Positions 44,661 to 56,758 of a stretch of 64,000 nucleotides of DNA are shown here, piece after piece; positions within the stretch are counted from its first letter, which is position 1, and every line of letters starts with the position of its first letter. Location: NCBI GenBank assembly GCA_000004695.1, contig CM000151.3:1440001-1504000 (forward strand), read 5' to 3'. Made by a program: the position numbers and the translations under genes. The DNA is from Dictyostelium discoideum. Taxonomy: Eukaryota. Under the pieces are notes generated by a model. It did not search any database, was not told where the DNA came from, and worked only from the letters and a program-made list of their open reading frames with translations.

Positions 44661-45975
44661 TTTAATTTTTATAATATTTGATAATAATAAATAATAAAAA
44701 ATCCATAATTAAATTATTGAATGTATAAACAAATAAAACATAATCCAACACGATATTTTTTTAAAAAACAAATTAAAATTTTAATGTTTTTTTTTTTATT
44801 TCCAAAAAATAATCTAAAGATATTTATTTTATTCTTTCAATGAAATAAACCTTTTTTTTTTTTTTTTTTTTTTTTTAATCTTGTTTAATTTATTTCCAAC
44901 CTATTTCGTTTAACTTTTTTTTTTTTTTTTTGATCCACTTGATGCAAACATTACGCAAGCCTTTTGTGTTGGCAGTTAATATCAAAAAATCTTAATTTTG
45001 GAAAAAAAAAAATTCTTTTTTTTTTTTCATTTTTTTATTTTTTTTATTTTTTTATTTTTTTATTTTTTTTTTTTTTTTTGTTTTTATTTTTATTTTCAAA
45101 CAATTTTAATTTTTTAAAGTTCTTATTTTTAATCAAATAAAAGTTGTAAAAATTGTATGTATAAATATTTTTTTATTTTTTTATTTTTTTTACTTTCAAA
45201 CTAAATTGTCGCAAAAAACAAAACAAAAAACAAAACTCAACATTTGGATGCTACGAATAAAAGATATTTAATAAAATTGATTTTATAAAAAAAATTTTAA
45301 AAATTAATAAAAAAAAAAAAAAAAATAAAAAAAAAAAAAAAAAAAAAATTTAAACACAAACCCCACTTTCAAAACAATACATTCTTTTTTATATTATTAT
45401 TTTTTTTTTTTTTTAAAAATTTTTCATAAATTTTCTTTTATTTTTTTTTTTTTTTCATTTTTTTTTTTTTTTAAATTAATTACATTGATTTTTCGTTGTA
45501 ACAAGATATATATTATAATAGTTCAAATTACTCAATTTTTAATATATTTTAAAAAAATAAAATAAAAAGCAAAAACTCAAAAAATAAAAAACTATAAAAA
45601 TAAAAAAAATAATAAAAATAAAAAATAAAAAATTCAAAAACAAAGAAAAAAAAAATATATTTTCATTGTCATACCTACCCATTCATTCAAAATTCTTTTA
45701 AAAGGAATCGAATCCTATATTAAAAGAAAAAATTATTATATTACTATAAAATAAAAAAGTGCAAAAAAAAAAAAAAAATAAAATAAAAGGGTAAATACTT
45801 AAACAATAAATCCACAGTCAACCACATACGTTTGATCAAAGGTTCTAAATTAAAATAATTTCCTTTCAAAAATCAAAAGTCAACCAAAAATATTTCAATT
45901 TTATTTTTCATTAATTTTTTTATTTTTTATTTTTTTTAAATTTTTAAATTTTTATTTTATTTTAGCCATTATTTA

Positions 45976-45979
45976 TTTG

Positions 45980-46010
<31 letters not shown>
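45976..46010. repeat. (CA)n microsatellite
   Basis: Seen directly: cacacacaca... Confidence 0.9.
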
Positions 46011-46393
46011 CAGCATATAAATTAAACGTGTACATATAAACCAATATATCGTTTTAATTATTATTATAATTTCAATATTAAAACTACAAACCAATATTAA
46101 TAACTTAACTTTCATTATTTTTTTATATAAAACAAAAAAACAAAAAAAAAAAAAAAAAAAACAAAAAAAAAAAACAAATAAAAAAAACAAAAAAAATAAA
46201 ACATTACAAAATCAATACAGAACCAATTCACAAACCATTTTTTTTTTTTTTTTTTTTTTAATAATAAATTTTTATAGCAAGATCATCATCAAAAGTAATA
46301 GAAATAACGAGTGAGGAGCGAGACGAAAATAATAAATAAATAAATCAATCCACCCAAGGTAATATAATCTCAATAATTTAAATTTAATCATAT

Positions 46394-49300
46394 ATGAAAA
46401 TGACAGTTAAAGATGATAGTCAATTTCACCTCTTATTCACATCACTTCCGCTTGATGAAAAATTAATAGAAGGTAAATAAAAATATTTATTATTATTTTA
46501 TTTTTTAATTTATTTTTCCTAACCATTTTTATTATTATTATTAATTTTAGAATATACATGTAGTTATAATGAAGGAGCTGCAGTTTCAATTGGTAAATTA
46601 TATATTTCACAACAACATGTATCATATGCCTCAAAGATTGGGTCAACACATGTAATTATCATTTTTTTTTGAAGATCTATAAAAAAAAAAAAAAAAAAAA
46701 ACTAATTTTTTTATCAAAAAAAAATATATAAATTTAGATTATTTTACCAATTAAAGATATTATTTCAATTTCTAAAAAGAATTCAGTATATTTATTCCCA
46801 AATGCAATTGAGATTATAAATCAAAAAGATCATAAATACTTTTTTTCAGCATTTTTATCAAGAGATTTAGCATTTGCAACACTATCCACTATAATTAGTG
46901 CAGGTGGTGGTACAAGAACTAAAATTTTTGAGGATGCATTATTAGCTGAACAAAATAGTGGAATTAAAAATTCAAGCGATGAAATTGAACATCCATTATC
47001 GGCTTCATCAAATAGTACTGGTGAAAATCCATTCCAAGAAACTCCAACTTATTCAACTTTTAAAAATAATTCAGGTGAATCTACAAATAATAATAATAAT
47101 AATAATAACAACCAAGATGGTGCAAATAATAATAGTAATAATAGTAGTAATAATAATAATAATAATAGTAATAAAGAGGATGGCACTGATAGTAATAGCA
47201 ATAGTAGTGATAGTAGTAGATTTTTAAAATCTTCACCTTCACCAATACCATCACCATCTAATAAAATGTTAGGTTCAAGAATTGAAAGAAAAGATAGTTT
47301 CGAATCAAATAATAATAATAATAACAGTAACAATAATAATAATAATATTAATAATACAGCTATAGGTAGTGAATCATTAAATGGAAGTGGATCAGCATTT
47401 AGCGCAGGTAATTTGGATACAACTAAAAGAAATAGTTCACAACTTGATATACTTTCAAATCATAGACAATCACTAGAGGCTACAGACCAAATTGTTGGAG
47501 AAGATGATGGCTCAATAAATACCACTACTACCACCACAACTACAGCTTTACCAACAAATGAAAATGAACCAGCCAACTCTTCTCCACCTTTTGAACCAAT
47601 TTTATCACACCAAGACTCTTTATCAAATTTAAATTTAAATGTAAAAAATGAATCAACAACAACCACCACCAATAATTCAACCAATAACACTAATGATGCA
47701 CCACAATCACCACTAAAAGCATCACAAACTATTAACCCATCACCACCTTCACCTGTACAACGTAAAAATGGAAATCATAATAATAATCATAATCATACTC
47801 ACCATAATAATCATAATCACCATAATAATAACAACCATAATAACGAACAAAAAGAGAATAAATCACCACCAAATGTTAGTCCAACCAATATGTCTAAAGA
47901 AAATCATGAAAAACAGCAACAACAACCACAACCACAACAACAACCACAACAACAAAATAATAACGATAATAATAATGATTCATCAATGGCATCAGTATCA
48001 ACAACAACAACATCAACATCATCAACTACTACAACAACAACAAATGTATCAACAAATGCTACACCGGCAATTGAAAATTTTTCAGCCGATTCACCAAAGC
48101 TAACACATTTATCATTATTTGAGAAATTACCAACCAGCGATAAATGTGAACATATAACGATAGCAGAATTTGATGAGGCACCATGGTCAACAGAGAAATA
48201 CCAAATATCAATCTCTGAATTTTATCAACTCATTTGTAGAACCGATTTCTGGGGAAGTGTAAATACAACTCACTCTTATACTGAACAAAATTTAACAGAG
48301 TGGAAACAAACTAACAATTGCTGTATCCATAGAAATATGGATTTCAGAACTGCAATCTCCTTTAAGATTGGTCCAAAGAGTACTAGAGTCTATCAAACTC
48401 AACGTTGTAAATTAAAAAATAAGAGTGAATTCATTTTGCAATCCACTTCCGTTAGTAAAGATGTACCCTATGGTGATGCATTCTCTGTGGAAAATCTATT
48501 GGTCGTACAAGCCATTGACAATAGTTCATGTTTAACAAAATTATCTTCGAAAATTAAATTCACTAAATCGGTTTGGGGTCTATCTTCAATGATTCAAAAA
48601 ACCGCTTTACAAGGAAATAAAGAGTTTTTCGTACTTTGGAATACAATGGTTAGAAATCAAATTGAAACTTATGTTTACAATAAAATGAAAGAATTAAAGA
48701 AACCAATAGTTGTTCCAGTTTCAAATGTTAATGCATCTTCAACTAATACAACTCCAATTAAAAAACCTGTAATTGTAGCTTCTGCTTCAGCTGGTTCATT
48801 ACCAATTAATTCACAACAACCACAACAACAACAACCAGTACAACCACAACAAGTACAACCACAACAACCAGTACAATCCCAACAACAATCTCAACAAGTA
48901 CAACAACAACAACAACAACAACAACAAGTACAACAACCACAACAAGTACAACAACCACAACAACAAGTTCAACAAGCACAAAGAGTAGTACAATCAGTTT
49001 CACCAATTTCAGCTATAACTTCAACAACAACAACAACAACAACACCAGTTTCATCCCAATCATCAATTCAAACAACACCTTCAGTAGTAGTAGCAACTAC
49101 AACTCAATCAGTATTTACAATTGAGGAAGGTGAAACTCTTAGTTCAACAATATGGAAGAAAATGTCTATTATTGAAAAGGGTATTTTAGCAGGCGTATTT
49201 TTCTTATTTTTATCATTACTAATTGGATTAACCATTGGAATCGTTTCAAATTCAAATTCATCAAGATCATTAAATAATCAATTGTATAGATTCTCAGATT

Positions 49301-49629
49301 CATTGATACTATTAGATTCTAGAGTAAATTCATTGGCAACACAAACTCCACCAGATGATGGTAAAGTAGTATACACTTCAAATATTGGTAAAGATAGAAT
49401 TACCGCTTTAAGAGATCGATTAGAATTGGCAAATTCCTTATTGATGAGAGCTCAAAGTATGGTCTCAACACTCCAAGCCGAATTATCATTAGAGGATATG
49501 AAATCTACAAGATTCGAAAATTATAATTATGAAAATAACAATAGTAGTGGTTTATTTGGTCCTATATTTCTTACAATATTAATTGCCTCTGCTTCTATTG
49601 TTTTTTATAAATTTTATTTAAATAAATAA
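46394..49629 (+). CDS. GRAM-VASt sterol/lipid-transfer protein of the Aster/GRAMD1/Lam(Ysp2) type, about 1023 aa, with a C-terminal transmembrane anchor. Three exons: 46394..46472, 46551..46651 and 46738..49629.
   Basis: The GRAM domain is split over exons 1-3: MKMTVKDDSQFHLLFTSLPLDEKLIE|EYTCSYNEGAAVSIGKLYISQQHVSYASKIGSTH|IILPIKDIISISKKNSVYLFPNAIEIINQKDHKYFFSAFLSRDLAFATL. The VASt block reads ...ISISEFYQLICRTDFWGSV...DFRTAISFKIGPKSTRVYQTQRCKLK...STSVSKDVPYGDAFSVENLLVVQ...KIKFTKSVWGLSSMIQKTALQGNKEFF. Hydrophobic segments are GILAGVFFLFLSLLIGLTIGIV and, at the C-terminus, LFGPIFLTILIASASIVFY. Introns have donors GTAAAT at 46473 and GTAATT at 46652, and acceptors ttttag at 46549-50 and tttag at 46736-37. 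The intron phases (1, 0) are self-consistent. Confidence 0.7.
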
Positions 49630-49721
49630 AATAAAATAAAATATAATAAAATAAAATAAAATAAAAAAAAAAAAACAAACAAATAAATTTTTAAAAAAAA
49701 AAAAAGAAAAAAATTCTTTAT

Positions 49722-50672
49722 TTAAAATGAAAAAATTAAATTATTATTATTATTATTGTTATCAATAACATCAATACTATTTTTTTGAATAACATTTTTA
49801 ATTTTAATTAAAATTAAACGAGAAATAATTATTAAATTATTATTTTTAGAGAATGTTGGTAATGAATTTTCAAAGTAATTTATAAATACTCCTCTTAAAT
49901 ATCTTTTCTTTGTTTCTGTTACTTTGTCAATTGATTCATCGATTAAATCATTATCAAATATTATTGATTGATCAAATTTTAATTGATTTAATTTAATGAT
50001 ATAATCTCTTGAAGTTGTTATACTACTACCACTACTTCCACAACTATAACTAAAACTACTAAAAATAATAAACATAATTGATGAAATTAAAATTAATAAT
50101 TTAAAATCTTGAGAGTAATTAGGATGATTGAGAATTATATTTGAAAATGTTAAACCATGACAATTGAAAAATTTTTCAATGATTTCACAGGGGTGAAGTT
50201 GAATTAATTCTTTGTCATTTTCGATGAAATATAAAAGTCTATGAATTGAATTATTCGATGAGATTGATTTTATTAATTGTTTTCTATATTTTTTATCTAA
50301 TGTTTCAGATGGGAGAATTCCCATATTTTTAATAATATAGTCAAGTATTGAGTAATTTGAAGTTGAGAATAATTTTACACGAATATTATTAAAGTTCAAA
50401 TTTGAACTAATAAATATTAAGCGTGGGTCGATTTTACTATATTGTTTAAATAAAAGAAAATCTTTTGTATAGATAATATTATTTTTTGGTAATGTTTTGC
50501 CAATGTGCTCTTTATTTTGATTAAAATAAAAATGATATAGTTTTGGAAAAGTGAGTAAAAATAGATTACATTTATTATATAAATCATATGAACTAAAACA
50601 TAACCAACCTAATCTATTATTATCACATTTTGGATGTTTATATAAAAATCTACAAATATTGAAATATTCCAA
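49722..50672 (-). CDS. Hypothetical protein, 316 aa
   Basis: An intact ORF with no recognisable motif. Confidence 0.35.
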   Translation of the reverse strand: MEYFNICRFLYKHPKCDNNRLGWLCFSSYDLYNKCNLFLLTFPKLYHFYFNQNKEHIGKTLPKNNIIYTKDFLLFKQYSKIDPRLIFISSNLNFNNIRVKLFSTSNYSILDYIIKNMGILPSETLDKKYRKQLIKSISSNNSIHRLLYFIENDKELIQLHPCEIIEKFFNCHGLTFSNIILNHPNYSQDFKLLILISSIMFIIFSSFSYSCGSSGSSITTSRDYIIKLNQLKFDQSIIFDNDLIDESIDKVTETKKRYLRGVFINYFENSLPTFSKNNNLIIISRLILIKIKNVIQKNSIDVIDNNNNNNNLIFSF

Positions 50673-50716
50673 TGATTTATTATGATTTATTAAAGTGAAT
50701 TGGTAATTTGAAAAGT

Positions 50717-52243
50717 TTAATTTTTAAAAATAAATTTCACAATTTCAAAATAACATTTCCTAATTGCTTGATCAATTGTTGGTTTTGGATTGTTTTCAAT
50801 TTTTTTTAATTTGTTTTTTGATAAATAAAATTCAAATGATTTAACATCACCATTAAATAAATTATCAGGTGAGAAATTTTCATTTACAACTTGATCGTAA
50901 TTGGAGATAAGTTGTTTATTTTCATATAAATATTTAACAATTTCAAATTTACTTGTAAAACATTCAATTGGATATTTAAAATCTTTTTTATATTTAAATA
51001 TAAATTGTATGAAAATATCAAGGTATTCAATATCAAAAAGATTATTTGTAATATTTTCTACTACTCTTTCTAATAGTTTTATATTATTTAAAACTATTGA
51101 ATTATTATTATTATTATTTTTAATTAAAGATTGAAATTCTTCTTTTGATGGATTGGATGAAAGGCTTGATAAAATTATATTAATGTTGACATCGGTTAGT
51201 GAATTTAAATCTTCAGAGTAGTTAATGTTACACATTGACACACCTGATTTTAATTGTAAATTTTTAACGAAACCACCCCAAATATATTTGACAACTTGGA
51301 AATCCAATGGTTTTTGTAAATCACTACCATTGACCAAGAGAAAAAGTTTAGAAGAATTGATTTCAATAGTAGGATTTCTTGGGACAATGCCCTGCTCAAT
51401 TAAAAGTTTTGCAAATTCCATTGAAGAGAATTTACATGCAACTTGAACTAATACTTCTTTTGAAAAATTCGATATTAATTTTTTAAATTCACTTGTTGTT
51501 AATAAATAAGTGAAATGTTTAACTAAATTTCTTTTGACCAATGAGTATAATAATACTTGTAATTTATCCACACCACCATTAAGTTCAATATCTTTTTTAT
51601 AAAATTGAATTTGTTCTAAAAATATTTTATAATTTTCACTTTCGCCAAAAGGTATTAAATTATTAATTTGATTGGTATTATGCACTATTTGAGGACCCAA
51701 AGTGAAATTGAACATTGGTTGGTTGTTTTCATCTTTTTCTCTTTTTAAAAATTGAAAAATTTCAAAATTTCCATTAGTTGATGCTGCAACATTTAATATT
51801 GTTTCTTTATTTTTTAAAAATTCTGGGTTCGATTTAAAATAGTGGTAAATTAATTTAAATCTTTGAAATGACAATTCTTTATAACTTAATAAAAGATGGA
51901 ATTCATTATCTGCAACGTTGCAGATATTATCTACATTTTGATCTTGTAACCTTAATTGACAATACCAATATTTTGCAGGATTTTGAATTGCAACTTTAAA
52001 AAAAAAGTCAACAAAATAATTGAATACTTGATACATCTTTTTTTTTAATAAAATTCCCAAGTTTAAATCTTGTGTTTTCATTGACTCTGTAATTTTATCA
52101 TAGATACTATAGTCTAAAAAACCTCCATCTTTTGAGTCTTCAAACATTTGTTCATATTTGACATATCCCCATATAATTTTTGAAATAACTAAATTATTGA
52201 ATACTTTTTTATATAATTTATACATTTTTAAATTAAATTCCAT
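50717..52243 (-). CDS. Hypothetical protein, 508 aa
   Basis: An intact ORF with no recognisable motif. It is separated from the downstream ORF by an in-frame stop and has no convincing splice donor. Confidence 0.4.
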   Translation of the reverse strand: MEFNLKMYKLYKKVFNNLVISKIIWGYVKYEQMFEDSKDGGFLDYSIYDKITESMKTQDLNLGILLKKKMYQVFNYFVDFFFKVAIQNPAKYWYCQLRLQDQNVDNICNVADNEFHLLLSYKELSFQRFKLIYHYFKSNPEFLKNKETILNVAASTNGNFEIFQFLKREKDENNQPMFNFTLGPQIVHNTNQINNLIPFGESENYKIFLEQIQFYKKDIELNGGVDKLQVLLYSLVKRNLVKHFTYLLTTSEFKKLISNFSKEVLVQVACKFSSMEFAKLLIEQGIVPRNPTIEINSSKLFLLVNGSDLQKPLDFQVVKYIWGGFVKNLQLKSGVSMCNINYSEDLNSLTDVNINIILSSLSSNPSKEEFQSLIKNNNNNNSIVLNNIKLLERVVENITNNLFDIEYLDIFIQFIFKYKKDFKYPIECFTSKFEIVKYLYENKQLISNYDQVVNENFSPDNLFNGDVKSFEFYLSKNKLKKIENNPKPTIDQAIRKCYFEIVKFIFKN

Positions 52244-52517
52244 TTGCTAAAAAAAAATAAAAAAAAGAAAAAAAAAATAAAAATTTTAAACTTTTTCAAA
52301 AACAAATTATTTTTTTTTTCTCTTTTTTTTTTATTTATTAAAATAATTAAAAAAAAAATTTTCGTCCAATTTGATGTTTTTTTCTAATTTTCTTTTTTTG
52401 TTTATGTAATAATAATTTTTTTGTAATAGTTTGGAATATAAAAAAATTAAATTTTTTTTTTTGAATTGAAAAAAAACAAAATTTGATCGGTTTAAAAAGT
52501 TTTTCAAAATATCGATA

Positions 52518-52590
52518 GCTCGATTAGCTCAGTCGGCAGAGCGTGGTGCTAATAACGCCACGGTCGCAGGTTCGATCCCTGCATCGAGCA
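52518..52590 (+). tRNA. tRNA-Ile, anticodon AAU
   Basis: GCTCGATTAGCTCAGTCGGCAGAGCGTGGTGCTAATAACGCCACGGTCGCAGGTTCGATCCCTGCATCGAGCA folds as a cloverleaf with acceptor GCTCGAT/ATCGAGC, the D-loop AGTCGGCA, the anticodon loop CTAATAA and the T-loop TTCGATC. It is 73 nt. Confidence 0.9.
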
Positions 52591-52623
52591 ACGATATTTT
52601 AAAATATTGTGAAATAGATTACA

Positions 52624-52634
52624 GGTTCAATTCC
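52624..52634 (+). promoter_or_regulatory. External B box (GGTTCAATTCC) 34 bp downstream of tRNA-Ile
   Basis: Matches the B-box consensus GGTTCGANTCC. It is the same arrangement as at tRNA-Phe. Confidence 0.6.
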
Positions 52635-52696
52635 CACTTCTGAAAAAGGGAAATAAAGATCCTGGAAATTAAAAAAAAAAAAAAAAAAAAAAAACC

Positions 52697-53961
52697 AAAC
52701 AACAAAAATGCTAGTGGATTTCAAGTTATTAATTTAATGAGAACCAAAAGAGCAAGATACCCACTAAAAGTAGGGGGCTGGAACATTTGGAATATAGAAT
52801 TGAGACAACTGGCGCAGAAACTTTGGATCATAAACCAGTTCATCCTAGCACTAGAAACCAAACAAACAAACTCATCTCATCACAAAAGCTGGGAATATCA
52901 GATCCAAAAAAACAAATTCACATCCAGATACCTAAAAGAAAACTTAGACGAATGGAACAAAATAAGAATAAAAAAAGCAATTTTCAACAATAATCTCACA
53001 TCCATAAAAAACGAAAATGGACAACCACTTTCACTGGCAGAATGGTATACCACAATTCAAGACCAAAATCCACCATCCCTAAAACGGAATTCCAATCATC
53101 TCTAAACTTAAGAGGCTACAGCTATAATCAACTCTTCAACAACATACTGAAGATAAAAGACCCTAAAACAAGAGACACAATGTTTAGATTCCATGCCAGA
53201 TGCCTTCCAATAAACTACCTTCACAACAAACAATGCCCACTCTGCAAAGAAGATATGAGCAAAGACCCATACGGTCACCTGTTCTTCTCATGCAAGAAAA
53301 CAAAACAATTCATAAAAATAAATAAACTCAAAAATTTCATCTATATTACCACAGGCAAAGGTAAAAACTGGCACCATACAAGAATTAGGCAAAATAACAA
53401 TTTCATTAATAGAATAACTCCAAAATTATCACCGATAGCCAAAAAAGATCAAGAAGTGAATGCAGATTACGCCAACCACAGATTCCACAAAGAATACTTT
53501 GAATGGAACTATAAAGCAATAGACTATGATCTAACCAGATCATTCGCATATAGAAACCTAATGGCCCTTATCCTCCACAACATTTGGATTTGGATTTGCA
53601 ATCAAATATACAGTGAAGATCCTTTAACAAATGAATCACTATCATACAGCTCCCTTCTAAAGAAATGGCACAAATTGGCCACTCTAGAATACATCAAAAA
53701 AGCAAAAGATCTAAAAAACTTATCAGCAAAAGACCATAATAACTTCAAAGATCCTAAGATCCTTCTCACCTCAACGATCAAGCTAAGAAAAACAACAGCT
53801 AATTACTATTGTATTCCAGAATCATCTCTCCCAAATATTATATCTTTTGATCAATTCATATGATTAAAATAACCCTTCAGCTTAAATGATAAGCCTATAA
53901 ATAAATATTAAATAAAAACTCGTATTAACACAGATGGATATATATCAATCTTGTTAATCCA

Positions 53962-53995
<34 letters not shown>
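52697..53995 (+). mobile_element. 5'-truncated fragment of a TRE3-like non-LTR retrotransposon. It holds the ORF2 C-terminal Cys-rich region, a 3'UTR and an A29 tail, downstream of tRNA-Ile and its external B box.
   Basis: The ORFs at 52737..53105 and 53042..53863 are about 35-40% identical to the C-terminal ORF2 pieces of the 20129..21368 element (MFRFHARCLPINYLHNKQCPLCKEDMSKDPYGHLFFSCKKT against MQRFHARCLPINHLHNKVCPICNNEMNNDPYGHLFFNCQHT). They sit in two frames, so there is a frameshift. The 3'UTR is about 100 bp and is followed by an A-run at 53967-53995. The flanks read aaaaaaaaaCCAaac (52669-52699) and aaaaaaaaaCCAtct, which may be an A-rich target-site duplication. Confidence 0.7.
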
Positions 53996-53997
<2 letters not shown>

Positions 53998-54767
53998 ATC
54001 TGATAAAGAATTTTAAAATATTATATATTTTATTTTAAAATTCTTAATTAGATTATTTTAAAAAAATAATACTTGTATGACACAATATTTAAAAAAAAAA
54101 AAATAAAAAAAAAAATTGTATTATCTTATTTATACCAAATTTTTCTTTAACATTAAATAATTCAAATAAAAATCGACTCAATTAAAATAAAAAAAAAATT
54201 TTAGATAAATATTAAAAATAAAAAATAAAAAAACAAAACAAAACAAAATAATTAGCAAATTAGTAGTTATAAAATTTTGATATCTAACCCAATTTCGTTA
54301 CCAAATATATTTATAATTAATTAATTAATTTTTTTGACTTTTAATTTTAAAGCAAAAAGGAATTTTGAAGGACCGATTCATTAAAATTTAGAATATTAAA
54401 TTTTTTTTTTATTCTGAAGTATAATAATAAAAATAATATAGATACCCCCCTACCTCTAACTGAAAAAATAAAATAAAATCTATAAATAGTGGTAAGTATC
54501 TAATTTAAGCAAAGATTAATTAATAAAGTTTAGGTATTTTTTTCGGATTTTTTTTCTCTTTTAAAAAAGTAGAAAAAAAAAAAAAAATCTAAAATCTACT
54601 TGTTTAAATTTGTCATTGACCAATGATATAAAAACATAGATATTTTTAAATTTCTTTTACTTCAAAAACTTGTATTAATTTGAAATAAAATTTAATATAC
54701 TAACAAAATTTTTTTTTCTGAGTGAATAATTTAAAGAAAAAAAAAGTTTAAAAAATCATGGAATTTC

Positions 54768-56718
54768 ACTCAACAAAAACCGAAATTAAAGAACTAAATT
54801 TACAAGTATGTAAAGAATCCGATATTGCAATCATAGGTGTTGGATTTAGATTACCAGGAGATAACAACGAACTAACTGAACTCTGGAAAAATTAAAAATG
54901 TGTTTTCGATGGGATTCAAGAATTTGAAAATGAAAGAATAACAAAAAATTATTCAATTCTCGACCAATTTAGTAGCAATAAAGCTGGTTTGGTAAATTTT
55001 GAACAATGGAAAAATTTCGTCCCAATTTTTTTTGGTATTTCAAATTCAGAATGTTCAAATATTGATCCACAACAAAGGTTATCATTAATATCGACTTGGG
55101 AAGCCTTGGAAGATGCTCATTTAGACCTGTTGAACTACGTGGAACAAATACGTCAGTTTTTATGGGTAGTTTCTCAATTGATTATACTCATGGTTTAAGA
55201 GATAGAAGTGATTCAAAACCAAATACTCTTGCATCAAATTTTCATTGCCTTTCAAATCGTATTTCATAATGTTTTGATTTGAGAGGTCAATCATTATCAA
55301 TTGATACTGCATGTTCATCATCTTCAAATGCAATTATTTCAGGATGTAAAACAATCATTGATGGTTCTTCAAACATTTCTATATGTGGTGGTTCAAATCT
55401 AATTATTGATCCATGTTTCTCAAATTCAATTTCATCTCAAGGAATGAATAGTCATTTGGGTCATTGTATGTCATTTGATGCTTCTGCCGATGGTTATGTT
55501 AGAAGTGAAGGATGTGGAATTTTAGTTTTAAAGAAATTATCTGAACCAATTAAATATGGAAATAAAATCTATTGTGAAATAAAAGGTTTTAGTTCAAATA
55601 ATGATGGAAATGTTGAAAAAGGTAATTTCTTTGCTCCTTCAGTTCTTGGTCAATTTTTAAATATAGAATTGGCTTTCAAATCAACCGTATTACCAGATGA
55701 TATTTATTTTGTAGAATGCCATGGTACAGGTACACCAGTTGGTGACCCAATTGAATTAGAATCAATTTCTAAGGCTTTAAAAATTTCTATTTCAAGATCA
55801 CCAAATTCACCATTATTAATTGGCTCATTTAAATCAAACATTGGTCATACTGAAGCAGCATCTGGTGTTGCATCATTAATAAAATGTTGTTTAATGTTTC
55901 GTCATCGTAAATTGGTTCCAAATATTAACTTTAATAAACCAAATCCAAGAATTAATTTTAAAGATTGGAATTTAAAAGTTGTTACTGAAAAAATATCATT
56001 CCCAAAAGACAAACAAATTTCAATAATTTTGGTGTTACTGGTTCAAATACATGTTTTATTTTATCTGAATACATTGAAGATAATAATAACAATAATGAAA
56101 TGGAAACTACAAATTTGTTAGAAAATGACGAATTTTTAATTCCATTCTCATCAATGACAAATAAGTCAATGGAAAAATATAAAAATCAAATCGAAAAATT
56201 CTAAGTCAACCAAATGGATTTTGTTGAATTTGTTTCAAAACAAATTTGTACGAAAACAACTCAATTAAGTCAAAGATCAGTGGTTTTTTCAAAATTAAAT
56301 TGGGAAGGTTATAATAAAGAAAGTATTTCAACTCAATCAAATAAAGTTTCAAATTTTATGATTAAATCAATTGAACCAACTGTTGTTTTTGTATTTCCTG
56401 GTCAAGGTCCACAATTTAATAAAATGGGAATTGAATTATATGAAAAAGAACTTGATTTTAGAAATTCAATGGATGAAAAAAATGAAATCTTTAAATCATT
56501 ATATGGTTATTCTGTTTTTGATAAATTAAGAAGTATTAAGGATGATGATAAAACTTTAATTGATTTACCATCATTTGGACAACCTGCAATGGTAATGATT
56601 GAAATATCATTATTTAAATTATTAAAAAATCATTGGAATATTCAACCATCTTTCATTGTTGGTCATAGGTATTTATAATTTTTTTTTTTGGAAATTAAAA
56701 TTAATTAATCATCCAAAT

Positions 56719-56758
<40 letters not shown>

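Noticed and set aside
49722-52243. The two minus-strand hypothetical ORFs read as one spliced gene
   Set aside because: An in-frame TAA ends the upstream ORF. No GT donor with a sensible context precedes it, and the downstream ORF has its own ATG. I kept them as separate genes.
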